The notes below the pieces were generated by a model. It did no database searches. It was not told the DNA's origin and saw only the letters and a list, made by a program, of their open reading frames with translations. A stretch of 64,000 nucleotides of DNA from Squalus acanthias (taxonomy: Eukaryota): the NCBI GenBank assembly GCA_030390025.1, contig JASTWF010000331.1:248001-312000 (forward strand), in the 5' to 3' direction. The position numbers were made by a program, and so were the translations under genes. Position 1 is the stretch's first letter; each line of letters begins with the position of its first letter. Of this stretch, positions 38,340 through 51,796 are shown piece by piece.

Positions 38340-39400
38340 TAAATTTACCGCATAGAAGGAGGCCATTCGACCCGTAGGACCCGTGCCAGCTCTCTGCAAG
38401 AGAACTTCAACTATTCCCCTTCCCTGTCCCCGTAGCCCTGATAATTTTTACGTCACGTACTTATGCAATTCCCTTTTGAAAGCCACGATTGAATCTGTCT
38501 CCACCACCTTTTCAGGCAGGGCATTCCAGATCATAACCACTCGTTGCATTATTTTTTTTTCCAAATATCGTCTTTGGTTCTTCTGCCAATCACCTTAAAG
38601 CTGTGTCCTCTGGTTCGCGACCCTTCCGCCAATGGGAACAGTTTCCCTCTATCTACTCTAACAATACACCTCATGATTTTGAACACATCTATCAAATCTC
38701 CTCTCAAACTTCACTGCTTTAAGGAGAACAACCCCAGCTTCTCCAGTCTATCCATGTAACTGAAGTCCCTCATACCTGGAACCATTCTAGTAAATCTTTT
38801 TTGCATCCTCACTGAGGCCTTCACATCCTTCCTAAAGTGCGGTGCCATGAATTGGACACAATGCTGCAGGTGAGACCGAAATAGTGTTTGGTAAAGGTTC
38901 ATCATAACTTCCGTGCGTTTCTACTCTATGCCTCTATTTATGAAGCCCAGGATCCTGCTTTCTCAACCTACCCTGCCACCTTCAACGATTTGTGCACATA
39001 TAACCCCAGTTTGCTCTGATCATGCACCCCCTTCAGAATTGTATCATTTAGTTTATATTGCCTCTTTTCATTCTTCCTATCGAAATGAATCATTTGCACA
39101 TTTCTGCGTTAAATTTCATCTGCCAGGTGTCCACCGATTCACTCAGCCTGTCTATGTCTTCTTGAAGTCTATCACTATACTTCTTGCTGTTCACTATACT
39201 TCCAAGTTTTGTTTCATCTGCAAATTTTGAAATTGTGCCCTGTATACCCAAGTCCAAGACATTAATATATATCAAGTAAAGCAGTGGCCCTGGTACCGGC
39301 CCCTGGGGAACAGCACTGCATACTTTCCTCCAGTCTGAAAAACAACCGCTCACCAGTATCTCTGTCACAGAGCCAATTTCGGACCGTGTTTTGCTCCCCC
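38340..39400 (-). mobile_element. CR1-like LINE 3' fragment (RT C-terminus and 3' UTR)
   Basis: VPQGPVPGPLLYLIYIN..ISKFADETKL; LYQTLFRSHLQHCVQF..RMQKRFTRMVPG. Confidence 0.9.
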
Positions 39401-39600
39401 NNNNNNNNNNNNNNNNNNNNNNNNNNNNNNNNNNNNNNNNNNNNNNNNNNNNNNNNNNNNNNNNNNNNNNNNNNNNNNNNNNNNNNNNNNNNNNNNNNNN
39501 NNNNNNNNNNNNNNNNNNNNNNNNNNNNNNNNNNNNNNNNNNNNNNNNNNNNNNNNNNNNNNNNNNNNNNNNNNNNNNNNNNNNNNNNNNNNNNNNNNNN
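39401..39600. other. Assembly gap (200 N)
   Basis: Run of N. Confidence 1.
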
Positions 39601-39737
39601 CTGCTTTAAGTGTGTTAATTGATTTCTCGATGTTTGTGAACACGTGTATGTTACTTTGAGCCCAGATTTGGTTTTTATCTGATTTGCACTGTGTGAATAG
39701 TATTTGGCTCGCAACCTAGGATTAAAATGCATAATAT

Positions 39738-40735
39738 AATCATAGAATTATAGAAATTTAATGCACAGAAGGAGTCCATTTGGCCCAGCGTGTCTGTGCC
39801 GGCCGACAAAGAGCTCTCCAGCCTAATCCCACTTTCCATCTCTTGATCCGTAGCCTTGTAGGATACAAAACTCCAAGTGCAATCTAAGTATTTTTTACAT
39901 GTGGTGAGTTTTAAGCCTCTACCACCCTTTCAGGCAGTTAGCTACAGAACTCAACACCCTCTGTTGGAAGAATTTGTTCTTCATTTCCCCTCTAATCCTT
40001 CTACCAATTACTTGAAAACTATGTCCCTGGCTGTTGACCTCTCTGCTAAGGGATATAGGTCCTTCCTGTACAGTCCATCAAGTCCCCTCATAATTTTATA
40101 CACCTCAATTTAATATCATTTCAGCCTCCTTTGTTCAAATGTAAACAACTCCAGTCTATCCAAACTTTCCTCATAGCTACATGTCTCCAGTCCTGGCAAC
40201 ATCCTCGTAAAACTGCTCTCCACCCGCTCTAGTGCAATCACATCCTTCCTGTAATGTGGTGACCAGAATTGTACACAGCCCTCTAGCTCTAGCCTAACTC
40301 GTGTTTTATACATTTCAAGCATAACGGCTCTCTTCTTATATTCTATGCCTCAGCTAATAAAGGAAAGTATCCAGTCTGTCTTCCTAACCACCTTCTCTAC
40401 CTGTCCTGCTACCTTCAGGGATCTGTGGACATGCACTCCAAGGTCCTTCTGCTCCTCTACACTTCTCACTATCCTACCATGTATTGTGTACTCGCTTGTT
40501 AGCCCTCCCAAAATGCATTACCTCACGCTTCTCTAGATTGAATTCCACTTGCTTCTCATCTGTCCACCTGACCAGTCCATTGATAGCTTCCTGCAGTCTA
40601 CAGCTTTACAATTATTCTATCAACTGTAAACTTCTTCATCAATCCCCATGCATTGAAATTTAAATCATTAATACATACAACAAAAGGAACCTAGGACTGA
40701 GACCTGTGGAACCCCACTGGAAACAACATTCCATC
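39738..40735 (-). mobile_element. CR1-like LINE 3' fragment
   Basis: MLEMYKTRVRLELEGCVQFWSPHYRKDVIALERV; tail CATAGAATTATAGAA. Confidence 0.85.
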
Positions 40736-40894
40736 ATATGGGACAAAGGTATATAGAGTTAGGTCGCAGATCAGACAGGATCTCATTGAATGGCCGAACA
40801 GTCTCGAGGGGCTGAATCGCCTCCTCCTGTTCCTGTGTCACTATGTTCCATCACAAACCAGCCGTCGACCTTTACCCTTTGCTTCCTTCCATAT

Positions 40895-41990
40895 AAGGGA
40901 GAGTCTGTGGATGTTATTTATATGTACTTGCAGGAGGTAATTGATAAGGTTACAAATAAGAGACTGTTAACATAAATTAGAGCCCATAGAATTGGAGGGA
41001 TTTTATTGCCCTGGTAGATAATTGGTTTGGAGTTAGGAGACAGAGAGTGGGGATAATTGGTAAGTACTCAAATTGGCAGGATGTGAGAAATAAGTACTGG
41101 GGACTCAGCTTTTCACTATATTCATAAATGACTTGGAGGAAGCAGTAGAAAGCCATATATCTAAGTTTGCTGACAACATCAAGTTAGATGGCAGAGTAAA
41201 TATTGTAGCTGGGAGCAGAAAGTTGAAAGAGACATTGATTGTGTGTGTGGGAAAACACTGTGCAGATGGAGTTCAATGTGGGGAAGTGTGAGCTCATCCA
41301 CTTTGGACATAGGAAAGACAAATCAGGGGATTTTCTCAATGGTGAGATGTTAGGAACGGTTGCGGAGCAGCGAGATTTAGGGATTCAAGTACAGAAATTA
41401 CTAAATGCTCGTGGAGAGGTGTCAAAAATAATTTAAAAGGAAAGCTAATGCCCTTTATCTCAAGCCGCTGGAATATAAAGGAACAGAAGTTATGCTACAG
41501 TTATAAAAAGATCTGGTTAGACCCCATTTAGAGCCGGGCTTTCAGTTCTGGGCGCCGCAGATTCACCAGACTGATACCATAAGAACATAAGAACAAAAGA
41601 AATAGGAGCAGGAGTAGGCCTTTCGGCCCTTCGAGCCTGCTCCAACATTCAATGAGATCATGGCTGATCTACTGCCTCAACTCCATTCACCGGCCCTATC
41701 GCAATATCCCTAATCAATAGGAGTTGAAATGGTAAATAGAGAGAAACATATTGTTCTGGTGGGGTGTAGCGATCAAGGGAGGCACCATGTCAAAATTAAA
41801 GCTGGTACATTCATGGGTGACGGCAGGAAGCGGTTCTTCACGCAAAGGCTGGTGAAATCTGGAACTCTCCCCCCTAAACGCTGTTAAGGATTGTTTATCC
41901 AAAATTTAAACACTGACATTGATAGATTTTTGTTCAGCTAGGTTATTAAGCGTTATGGAAACAAGGCGAGTAAATGCAGTTAAGATACAG
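40895..41990 (+). mobile_element. CR1-like LINE RT fragment, interrupted by an antisense LINE/SINE tail at ~41579-41715
   Basis: KGESVDVIYM, ISKFADNIKL, QMEFNVGKCELIHFG. Confidence 0.8.
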
Positions 41991-42879
41991 GTTTATATCA
42001 TACAATGACAGATCAAGGAATCTTTGGATGTGACTCAAGTCCATATATTCCTCATCTAAGCATCTGGGGAATGCTTAATTCCCAGTTAAATAGGAGAGGA
42101 AGCATGAGTGGAGATATTGTGAGGTGGGGGACATTGAATAGTGGGACCTTATATTAGGAGTTTGGGACACAAGATTCATAAAACCTAATATTGGGATCTG
42201 TGCTCTCTGGCTGGGGCGTCGATAGACAAGAGCTGGGGTCGGAGACAGGGCCATAACACAACTGGGCTGTTCCTGCAAACTGTTCTCCAGTCCACTGAGA
42301 CTGCACCAGGAACAGAGCCTGGCTCAATGATCATGTCATCCCGCCAGTGGGCGGAGCTTGCGCTGGCTGCTGTGCGATTGGCTGCTGGCTCCCTTTGTGA
42401 TGTCACATGGAGACAGGTTTGAGCCCCTGGTTACAATTGATCAGTTGCAGTTACCGTGGGCTGGAGCTGGAGTTGGCAGCTGACACTGTGAGTGAGTTTA
42501 GTCCATAGAAATAGGGGAAAGGACAGAACAGCACAATTTAATATTAAAGTAATTGATTCAGATGATATTAATTACAAGTAAATTGAAATAAATATAATGA
42601 TAGTTACAAATAGTCCTATTGTTTTCCAGCTACAGATTACTGAATCCAGCCAGCCGCTCGGAGTTGTAGGGCAGCTGCCCACTATGTCTCGGCTGTGATG
42701 TTTCCTCCCTTCCTCTGGTAAGCAGCTTGCCATTCTGGTTTTCACTCTGATGAAGAGGGCAGCGGGTGCACCCGGGCCCTGCCATCCCAATATCTGGAGC
42801 ATCAACGCTCGATAGCACCAATCTGACATCTCACTTCAACCATGACAACTTAAATTAGTACAGTACCCTGCCCAATCCG

Positions 42880-43870
42880 AGAGATGGCGCAGGACATTGT
42901 ACATGGCAGGGAGCACAGACTGGGCACCAAGTAGGTGTGCGAGAGGCTAAAGCGGGAAAAGAGTGGTGAATGCCTAGTGAGAGAGAAGGTTATTGAGGAG
43001 TGTTTTTAAGGCAGAGCGGGAGGGATCCAGCTGAGGGCGCGAGTTCGAAATGCCCAGGCCGCAGTTTTGTGAACGAACGTCTGCCGATGGCGGTGCAGGA
43101 GGAGCGGTTACTGAGGAGTAATGCTGGGCCGCAGGAGTGGAGAGAGGAGCGGAGAGTGCGCACAGTGATGTGTGGCTGGAAGAGATCGCTGAGATAGAGA
43201 GCAAGTCAGGGATGAAGGGATGGAAAGTGGCGGCAACGTTCTTCCTATCAATTCACTGGCGCAGAGGGGGCGAGTGGAACCTCGCATGAAGGCAGAACAC
43301 AGGAGTTTGAACTTTGTTCAGGTCAAGAACTTGCACTGAGGCATTCGGGATACCTTTTAGATTGTGGAGGCGGGTTAATGGGAAAGATCGGTAGGGAGAG
43401 CATTGGAGAGATTGGGCATCGAGGTGATGAATGCTGGATTGGGGTTTTGGCAGCAGAGAGTGAGCAGGCAATGTTTGGGCGGTGAGAGATAGCAGGCTGG
43501 TAATGGATTGCGTATGGGGGGAGGAAGCTGATCTCAGGGTCGAGCAGGACACAAAGGTAACAAACCTCTGGGTCTGGCCTGAGTTTGCAGTGGGGAGACT
43601 AATAGAGTCGATGCTCGTATTGCGATGGTGCTTGTGGGGTCAAAGTGGACGGCTTCAGTTCACCTTTTATTTATCTGGAGTGGATTTTATCGTAGCGAGT
43701 TTTCACTGTTGGACACTCAGTTGGAGTGCAGCTACACCCTGGGTTCAGTGAAGGAGGCGGAGAGTGCCATTGGCTACTTGTGGAATCGAGTCACATGTTT
43801 TCTGATGATGTCACAGACGGATATCATGTGTATATAATGATCAGTGAACGAAGGACAATGCCCAGGATTG
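42880..43870 (-). mobile_element. Degenerate L2-like LINE 3' fragment (related fragment ~45240-45810)
   Basis: Minus-strand NLCVLLDPEISFLP..SIT resembles the L2 ORF2 C-terminus. The two fragments are mutually similar (e.g. GGGGGGAGGAAGCTGATCTCAGGGTCGAGC vs GGGGGGAGGATGCTGAGCTCAGGATCGAGC). Confidence 0.6.
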
Positions 43871-44752
43871 CATCATACATGGGCAGAAGGAGGACTCGTT
43901 GGATGTGATTCACGCCCCGGAATTCATCTTCTATGCGTCTGGAGATTACTTACCCAGGTGCAAAGCTGTCATCAAAGGGGTAGAGACCCGTGATGCAGTC
44001 CCTCCATTCCTAGGATTCCCAAGTCTTCCCCTGTGGAAGTGGGCTGCAGCATCTCTACCTACAACATGCAGAGACATTGTAATGACAGGGAAATTATGGG
44101 GATGGTCTAACGGTGTCTCACAGTTGATGTTTCTCCAGGTGCTGGCTCATTTTGAAGTGTGTATGAGGATTCTGTCAGTAGCCCTTGTCGCTGCTCCCCT
44201 TTGGTCGGGGTTCTGAGATGGTCAGGTAACAAAGTGAAGGAAGTCTAAAAAGGTAAGTGGACATTTTCTCCCCCGAGGAATCCATTCCATCTTTGCGGCT
44301 GCCTGGAAACAGCAGCCAGAAGTCCGCAATCCCGAGGTTGGTGTCACGTTGCTGTAAAGTGATCGCATTCACACTTATATCACTCCATGACACCCAGATT
44401 CCATGTCCCCAAACTCCAGAGTGAAGCAGATTCCATTCCCTTTTAATTACAAACAGTTTATTTTCCTCATTATTCCACCTCCATCCAATGATTGGAAAGT
44501 TTTGTATCCGCAAACATTTTTCTTGGATTATTGACCCAAAGATCTCTGGCGTTTTATGTTGGTTTCTGCCCAAAATCAGTTTGGGTCAGTCCATCTCTGG
44601 AGGGCGATGGCCCCATGAATATTCTGCCCCTTTCTCTTCTATGGATACTGCCCAGGCACAGAAACAACTATTCAATGGAAACAATATTAAAACAGTAAAT
44701 TTCAGAAAATGGGATTAAACGTCATGTCCCCCTCCGGAAGATATTTAACGAG

Positions 44753-45030
44753 TTTTATTTATTCATTCACGGGATGTGGAAGGCGCCAGAATTTATTGTC
44801 CATCCCTAATTGCCTTCGAAGGGGCTGAGCCGCCTTCTCGAATACAACTGAGTGGTTTGCTTGGCCATTTCAGAGGGCAGTTAAGAGTCAGTCACATTGC
44901 TTTGGGTCTGGAGTCATATATAGGCCAGACCGGGTACAGATGAAAGATTTCCGTCCCTACTGTACATTAGTGATCCAGTTTGGTTTTTACGACAATTATG
45001 GTCACCAGTACTGATACTACCTTTCCAGAT
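44753..45030 (-). mobile_element. SINE fragment sharing its body with 2890-2945 and its 3' tail with the LINE at 4570-4632
   Basis: GGCCATTTCAGAGGGCAGTTAA is the reverse complement of 2914-2935. T-rich tail and TTTATTG.CCATCCCTA match the LINE 3' end. Confidence 0.75.
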
Positions 45031-45809
45031 ATGTTTAATATATAGAAACCTCGAGAGATCAGCCGCTGTCCGTTCCCAAGCTACTTCATGCTGTTCTTGT
45101 GGTTGCTGCTGGAATATTGCGGGTGATTCTCTTCCAATCTTTGGTAATCTCCCTCTTCGAACTCTTCAATTGTTTTATTTTAGCACATCTTTGAAGATCA
45201 GGACTACAGTTCAGATGTCACACATTTCCTAATTGCACCTTTGCAGGACTGTACAAGAGACAAGAGAGTGACACCAGAGAGGTAGGACATGCTTCGAAAC
45301 ATTGAGCAGGTGGGAGGTAGGGTAAACGGTAAAGAGCGGTAGGGTGATGGGCGCCTAGTGAGATAGAATGGTATTGAGGAGGGTTTTGAATGCATGGAGG
45401 GAGGGGACCAGATGGAGGGCGGCAGTTCCAGATGTCCAGGATGCAGGGGCTTGAGGAATGTCTACAGATGTTGGAGCAGAGGGAGCGGTGAATGAGGAGT
45501 AATCTGATGTCACAGGAGTGGAGAGAGATACGGAGTTTGTGCAGAGCGATGTATGGCTGAAGGAGATCGCTGAGAGAGGGAGGGAGTCAGCCAGGAAGCA
45601 GTTTGTGAAGTTTGAAAGTCAGGAAGTCCGTAGGGAGAGTGTTGGAGAAATTGAGCACCGAAGTGATCAAGGCTGATTAGAGTTTTGGCCGCAGAGGGTG
45701 AACAGGCAGTGGTTTGACGGTGATAGAAAGCAGGCTGCTAAAGGATTGGGTGCGGGGGGAGGATGCTGAGCTCAGGATCGAGCTGGACACCAAGGTTCAC
45801 AAGTCTTTC

Positions 45810-46300
45810 TAAATACTTACTTTGTAACGGTTTTCACGGTACTGGGTGAAGGAAAAGACAAGTGTTAGGAGGAAAACTAGAAATAAATCGAGGAGAGGAA
45901 CTTACCAGATTTAAGATAAGTAAATACACGGTAATGGAGGAAACAATGAGACAGTGATTGACAAATCTGCAGGTCCTGAAGGTTTCCACCCCAGGGTATT
46001 AAAGAAGTAGGTGAGGAAATTATAGGTGATCTAGTCATGATCTTCCAAAACTCTCTTCATTCTGGAAAAGTCTCCTTGATTTGGAAAATTGTCTATATTA
46101 CTCCATTATTGTCGGACAGGCAGACTATGAAATTATTGGCCTATTACTCGATCGTCTGTTCTGGGAAGTGACTAGATCTGTTATTGGGAACAGAGTAACT
46201 GAGCACCTGGACAAATATCAGCTGATCAGAGAGAACCAGCTTGATTTGTAAAGAATGCGTCATGTCTAACGAACCTAGTTGAATATTTTTAACAGGTAAC
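45810..46300 (+). mobile_element. Degenerate CR1-like LINE fragment (pre-RT/RT start)
   Basis: DKSAGPEGFHPRVLK, NYWPITRSSV, SCLTNLVEYF. Confidence 0.75.
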
Positions 46301-46900
46301 GAATCATATAATCATAGAAATCTACGGAACAGAAGGAGGCCATTCGGGCCATCGTGTCTGCCGCCTAAAAACAGCTATCCAGCCTAATCCCACATTCCAG
46401 CTGTTGGTCTGTAGCCCTGTAGGTTACGGTACTTCTAATGCATATCCAAGTACGTTTTAAATGCGATGAGGATTTCTGCCTCTACCACCCTTTCAAGCAG
46501 TGAGTTCCAGACCATCACCACCCTCTGGGTGAAACAATGTCTCCCCAAATCCCCATTAATCCCTCTACAAATACTTTAATTCAATGGCCCCTGGTTGTTG
46601 GTCATGGTGTGAACGAAATAGGTCCTTCCCATCCAATTTATCCAGGACGTTCATAATTTTATACAACTCAACTTACTCTGTTACAAAGAAAACAACCCCA
46701 GCCTATCCAATCTTCCCTCTTAGCAAATATTCTCCAGTGCCGGCTATATCCTCGTAAATCTTCTCTGTACCCTCTCGAGTGAAATCATATCTTTCCTGAA
46801 ATATGGTGACCAAATCTGTATGCAGTATTCTAGCTGTGACCTAACTATTGTTTTATACAGTTCGAGCATACCCTCCCTGCTCTTGTATTCTATGCCTCGG

Positions 46901-47470
46901 GTATTCTGCGGCGAGTATCACACTTCCTGACTCCCAAACGACTTTCCACCATCTTTAAGTCACACGTACACTTGCCTGGATGAGTGCAGCTCCAAAAACT
47001 CTCAAGAAGCTCGACACCATCCAGGACAAAGCTGCTCGCTTGATTGGCGCCCCATCCACAACATTAAACGTTCACTCCATCCTCCAACGTTGCAACATTG
47101 CTGCAGTGTGTACCATCTACAAGATGTACTGCAGCAACTCGCCAAGGCTTCATCGGCAGCAACTCCCAAACACACGGCCTCTGCCACCTAGAAGAACAAA
47201 GGTAGCAGCAGCATCGGAACACCATCACCTCAAAGTTTCCCTCCAAGTTACACAACAACCTGACCTTGCACTATATCATCGTTCCTTCATCGTCGCTGGG
47301 TCAAAATCCTAGAACTCCTTCCCTAACAGCACTGTGGGAGTACCTTCACCACAAGGACTGCAGCAGTTCAAGAAGGAAGCTCACCACCACCTTTTCAAGG
47401 GCAAGTAGGAATGGACATTAGAAACAGGCCTGGCCAGCGCCGCCCACATCCCAGGAACGTATAAAAAAGA
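46901..47470 (+). mobile_element. L2/CR1-group LINE 3' end nested in CR1
   Basis: WMSAAPKTLKKLDTIQDKAARLIG..CTIYKMYCSNSPRL; collinear with 4188-4632. Confidence 0.85.
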
Positions 47471-47474
47471 AAGT

Positions 47475-48216
47475 GGCCCAGAAATTAAAGACGGAGCCTT
47501 CCTGCGTGGGTAAGGCTTCCCCGCGATATCTCACTGCGTGCTTGCCTTTTCCCTCCGAGCTCACACAAACTTTAGTTTCAAGGCTGCAGCTGTGCAGTGT
47601 GTGCGTATCCCAAAGACGCAGTTAATTCGTGCGAGCTGTGGGATCACGTGATTCAGTTAGAGCCAATGGCAGCACACCATCTTTCATTCATAGTTTTCAC
47701 AGCAAGGGCTGTCAAAGCTATGAATCTATACCCCCCAAAAGAACAGCTAAACCTGAGTTAAATTTAAAAAAAAACATCACATTAATAAAGTAAGTATAGT
47801 TAAATAAATTAACCACTTTAAACAAAAAATTAATTTTTTGAAAAAATTTAAAATCTTTTTAAAAGTTATAAAAATAAACTTACCTTTCTTTAAAGTCTCT
47901 AAAAAAGATATAGCTGTTGAAAAAAATTCAAAATAATACTTAATTAACTACTTACCTTATTAAAAGAGGGTCTTACGCCTCCTTTCTTTATGAGCAAAAT
48001 CTTCCATGCTTACCTGCGCGTTCAAAGCACTAAGTGCACTGCGTGCGCACAGCCTGTAGCGCGCACGCGGTTCACTTAGGAACCTGCCCCCTTTTCAAAT
48101 CACCAAGTGCCGGTTTTCAGCGCATGCGCAGTGCATGCAGGAAACCGGCAATTGGAGACAGAATACGCAAGAGTACACAGTGCGTACTCTCGCGTACTGA
48201 GACTAATTTTTGGGCC
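47475..48216. mobile_element. MITE, inverted paralog of 10801-11543
   Basis: TIRs GGCCCAGAAATTA / TAATTTTTGGGCC; reverse-complement similarity along its whole length. Confidence 0.88.
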
Positions 48217-50529
48217 AGAATGTATCCCATATGACTTCTTAACCTTCTTATCCATCTGTGGACATGCACTCCAAGTTGCTCTGTTTCTCTACACTTCTCA
48301 GTATCATACCAATATATGTGTATTCCCTTGCCTTGTCAGCCCTCCCCAACTGCATCACCACACACTTTTCCATATTGAGTTCAATTTGCGCCCTTGGCCA
48401 GTTCATTGATATCTTCCTGCAGTCTGCAGCTTTCCTCCTCACTATCAACCACACGGCCAATATTTGTTTCATCTGAAAACAGTCTTAACAATGCGCCCTG
48501 CACTGAAGTGTAAATCATTGATATATACCACAAAAAGCAAGGGAGCTTGTACTGAGCCCTGCAGAACCCCACTGGAAACAACCTTCCATCAGAAAAACAC
48601 CCGTCAACTCTTACCCTTTGCTTCTTGCCACTGAACCAATTTTGGATCCAACTTTCCACTTTCCCTTGAAACCCATGGACTTTTACTTTTCTGACCAGTC
48701 TGCCGAATGGGATCTCGTCAAAAGCCTTGCTAAGATCCATGTAGAATACATCAAACACGCTACCCTCATCGACCCTACTTGTTACCTCCTCAAAAAATTC
48801 AATCAAGTTAGTCAATCAGAACAAATCCATGCTGTTTGTCCTTGATTAATCCGGGCTTTTATAAATGACGATTAACACTGTGCCTCAGAAATGTATCCTG
48901 GAGTTTAGGTTGACTGGCCTGGAATTACTGATTTATCACTTTCTCCACTTCTAAAAAAAGGGTAAAACGTTAAGAGATCTCCAGTCAACCGGCACCACGC
49001 ATGTAGCCAGAGACGATTGCAAAATGACGATCAGAGCCTCCGCTATTTCCACCCTTGCGTATCTTAACAGCCTGGGATGCATTTCTTCTGCGCCTGGCGA
49101 TTTATCTAAATTCAAAGATGCTAAAGCGCATAATACTTCCTCTCTTACTATGGTTATTTCATCTAATATTTCTCACTCCTCCTGAACTAAAATGTCTGCA
49201 TCCTCCCTCTTTTTTGTGAAGAGTGCCGCAAAGTCTTCATTGAGAACTGTCCCCACGTCTCCCGCCGCCACACTCTCTAATAGGCCCTTATCGTTCTTTA
49301 GTTATCCTCTTGCTCTTTATGTATTCATCAAAACATATTTGGGTTTTCCTTAATTTTATTTGACAATATTTTCTCACGCTCTCTCTCTGCTTTCCTAATT
49401 TCCTTTTTAATTTCTCCCCTGCCCTTTCTATACTCCACTAGGGTCTCTGCAGTATTTAGCTCTCGCTATCTGACGTATGCTTCCCTTGTTTGCCTTATCC
49501 TTCCCTGTATGCTGCCTGATATCCAGAGGGTTCTGGATTTTGGAATCTCACTCTTGTCTTTTTAGGCAATATTTGCACTGAACCCTCACTGTCTCCTCCT
49601 TAAATGCCTCCCACTGCTCTGACAGTGATTTACCTTAAAGTAGCTGTTCCCAGTCTAATTTTGATAACTCACATCTCAGATTAGTAAAATTGGTGTTTCA
49701 CCGATCGAGAACTTTTACTCCTGATCTATCTTTGACCTTTTGCATAACTACGCTAAATCTAACTGAATTATGATCACTAACACCAAAATGATTTCCCAGT
49801 GATACAACTTACACCTGCCCAGCCTCATTCGAAAAAACTGTACACAACTGCCCCCACTCATGTTGGGCTTGCTCCGTACTGGCTAAAAAAGTTCTCCTAA
49901 TTGCATTTAAAAATTCTGCAACCTCTATACCTTTTACACCGATTCTATCCCAGTTAATAAGAGGGCAGTTGAAATCCCCTACTATTACTGCCCTATTGTT
50001 TTGAACTTCTCCGAAATTTGTCTAAATATTTGCTCTCCTATCTCCCTCTGACTATTTGTTTGACTATAGTATAATCCCACCAGTGAAATTACCCCTGTTT
50101 TGTTCTTCAGTTCAACCCATATGGCCTTATTTGATTATGCTTCCAACATATCATTCCTCATCGCAGCTGTAATTGTTTCTTTAACCAATATTTCGACCCC
50201 CTCTCCTTTCCCCCCTCTCTATCTCGTCTGAATATGATATAACCAGGAATATTGAGCTGCCATTCCTGCCCTTATTTGAGCTATGATTCAGTAATAGCTA
50301 TGATATCATAATTCCACAAGTCTATCTGTGCCCTCAATCTATCTGACTTATTCACTAGACTCGTTGCATTGAAGTATTTACCATTAGGCACTGCCAAACC
50401 AATTTGTTGTCTAATTTATTTGTTTCCTCTGCCTTCCAAACACCCTTACTAATTTTCTGCCATCCGTTGCCAAATGTTCTGCTCATCCCTGCCAAGCTAT
50501 TTGACACCCTCCCCAACCGCACTAGCCTT

Positions 50530-50890
50530 TAAGGGGCTGTATTATGTGAATGATATATGAGTTTCAGTTGTGCTTGAGTTTGTGGTACTATATCATTCGG
50601 AGTTGCTGTATTAGTTTGAGGTGCTGTTTTGATTTGAGGTGCTGTGTTCGTGTGAGATGCCGATTAGTTGGAAGTGCTGATGTAGTCTGTTTTTATTAGA
50701 TGTAGTCGTATTATCAGTTTGATTTGCTGTAACATTTGGAGGTGCTATGTTAGAGTGAAATGCTTAATTAGTACGATGTACAGTATTAGTTTGAGGGTCT
50801 GTATTAGTTTGAGGCGCTGCATTAGTTTGAGGATCTGTATTAGTTTGAGGTACTGTATTAGATTGAGGGGCTGTATTAGTTTGAGGAACT
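50530..50890 (-). repeat. Short inverted, partly degenerate array of the same 18-bp satellite
   Basis: CTGTATTAGTTTGAGG monomers; clean at 50785-50886 and decayed to the left. Confidence 0.85.
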
Positions 50891-50929
50891 ATAGACACAA
50901 ATTCTCAATTTAATTGTTTCACTGAAAAA

Positions 50930-51385
50930 CTACGGTTAAAGAGGAAAGACACATTCCAGAGTGCAACAGAGTAGCTCTGAGAGGGACACTCTAACATTTG
51001 GAACTTAATTACTGAACGGCCACACATAAACAGGACAGCGCTCAGATTGCAGTAGAGCTGCCCAGAGAGGCCACTCTAACATTTGGAAATAATTACTGAA
51101 TGGCCACAGTTAAAGATGGCAGCACCATCTCAGCGTGCAGTAGAGCAGCCCAGAGAGGACATTCTAACATTTGGAATTTAATAACTGAATAGACAGGGTT
51201 AAAGAGTGCAGCCCCATCCCAGAGTGCAGTAGTGCAGCCCAGAGAGGGACAAACATATTGGAATTTAATTACTGAATGGACAGAGTTAAAGAGGGCGGTC
51301 ACATACCAGAGTGCAGTAGGGCATCCCTGAGAGTCCACTCTACCATTTGGAATATAATTACTGAATGACCGCAGCAGAGTGAAGG
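50930..51385. repeat. ~87-bp diverged minisatellite, ~5 copies
   Basis: CAGAGTGCAGTAG..CAGAGAGG..CTAACATTTGGAA..AATTACTGAA recurs at ~85-89-nt spacing. Confidence 0.85.
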
Positions 51386-51653
51386 ACATCACCGAAATAA
51401 CATGACTGGATAAAAGGGTCTGATGGTGTTTGTAACAACAACCCGATTGCTGGGAGAATACAGCTGGCAATTTCCATTAGTGAATTAATGTGATCAGAAT
51501 TCTCCAGTCTTTCGGGTTTTCAATTTTAATCGCAGCACTAAATATGTTCTATCACAACAGGGTCTCAACTCGGCTGTCGTAATCTGTTCATTTTTTATAT
51601 GTCTATTTTGAACGATGTTGCAACCTCTATGTCCCCGTGGAGATCCTGATGGG

Positions 51654-51660
51654 TATAAAT
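51654..51660 (+). promoter_or_regulatory. Candidate TATA box of the GPCR gene
   Basis: TATAAAT ~75 nt upstream of the ATG at 51730. Confidence 0.55.
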
Positions 51661-51729
51661 TAAAGGCTCTGGGAATGTATCGGCTCAGATTGCCTGCAGC
51701 ACAAACGGACACAACGCTTCACACAGAAA

Positions 51730-51796
51730 ATGCGTGAAATATATCACAGTGTGGAGAAAATATACTACATAATCATTGTCATCATTGGTGTTCATG
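51730..51796 (+). CDS. GPR139-like class A GPCR, coding exon 1
   Basis: MREIYHSVEKIYYIIIVIIGVH + G|GTAAGT. The phase 1 donor joins TG at 57447 to give G-V-H-V-N (TM1 GxxxN motif). Confidence 0.8.

Larger units (their letters stand above)
46303..50525 (-). mobile_element. Long CR1-like LINE (endonuclease-RT-3' tail) with nested insertions at 46901-48216
   Basis: LTNLIEFFEEVTSRVDEGSVFDVFYMDLSKAFDEIP; GDFN motif near 49975; tail AATCATATAATCATAGAA at 46303. Confidence 0.9.

Noticed and set aside
39262..39732. ORFs spanning the N run
   Set aside because: Artefacts of the assembly gap.
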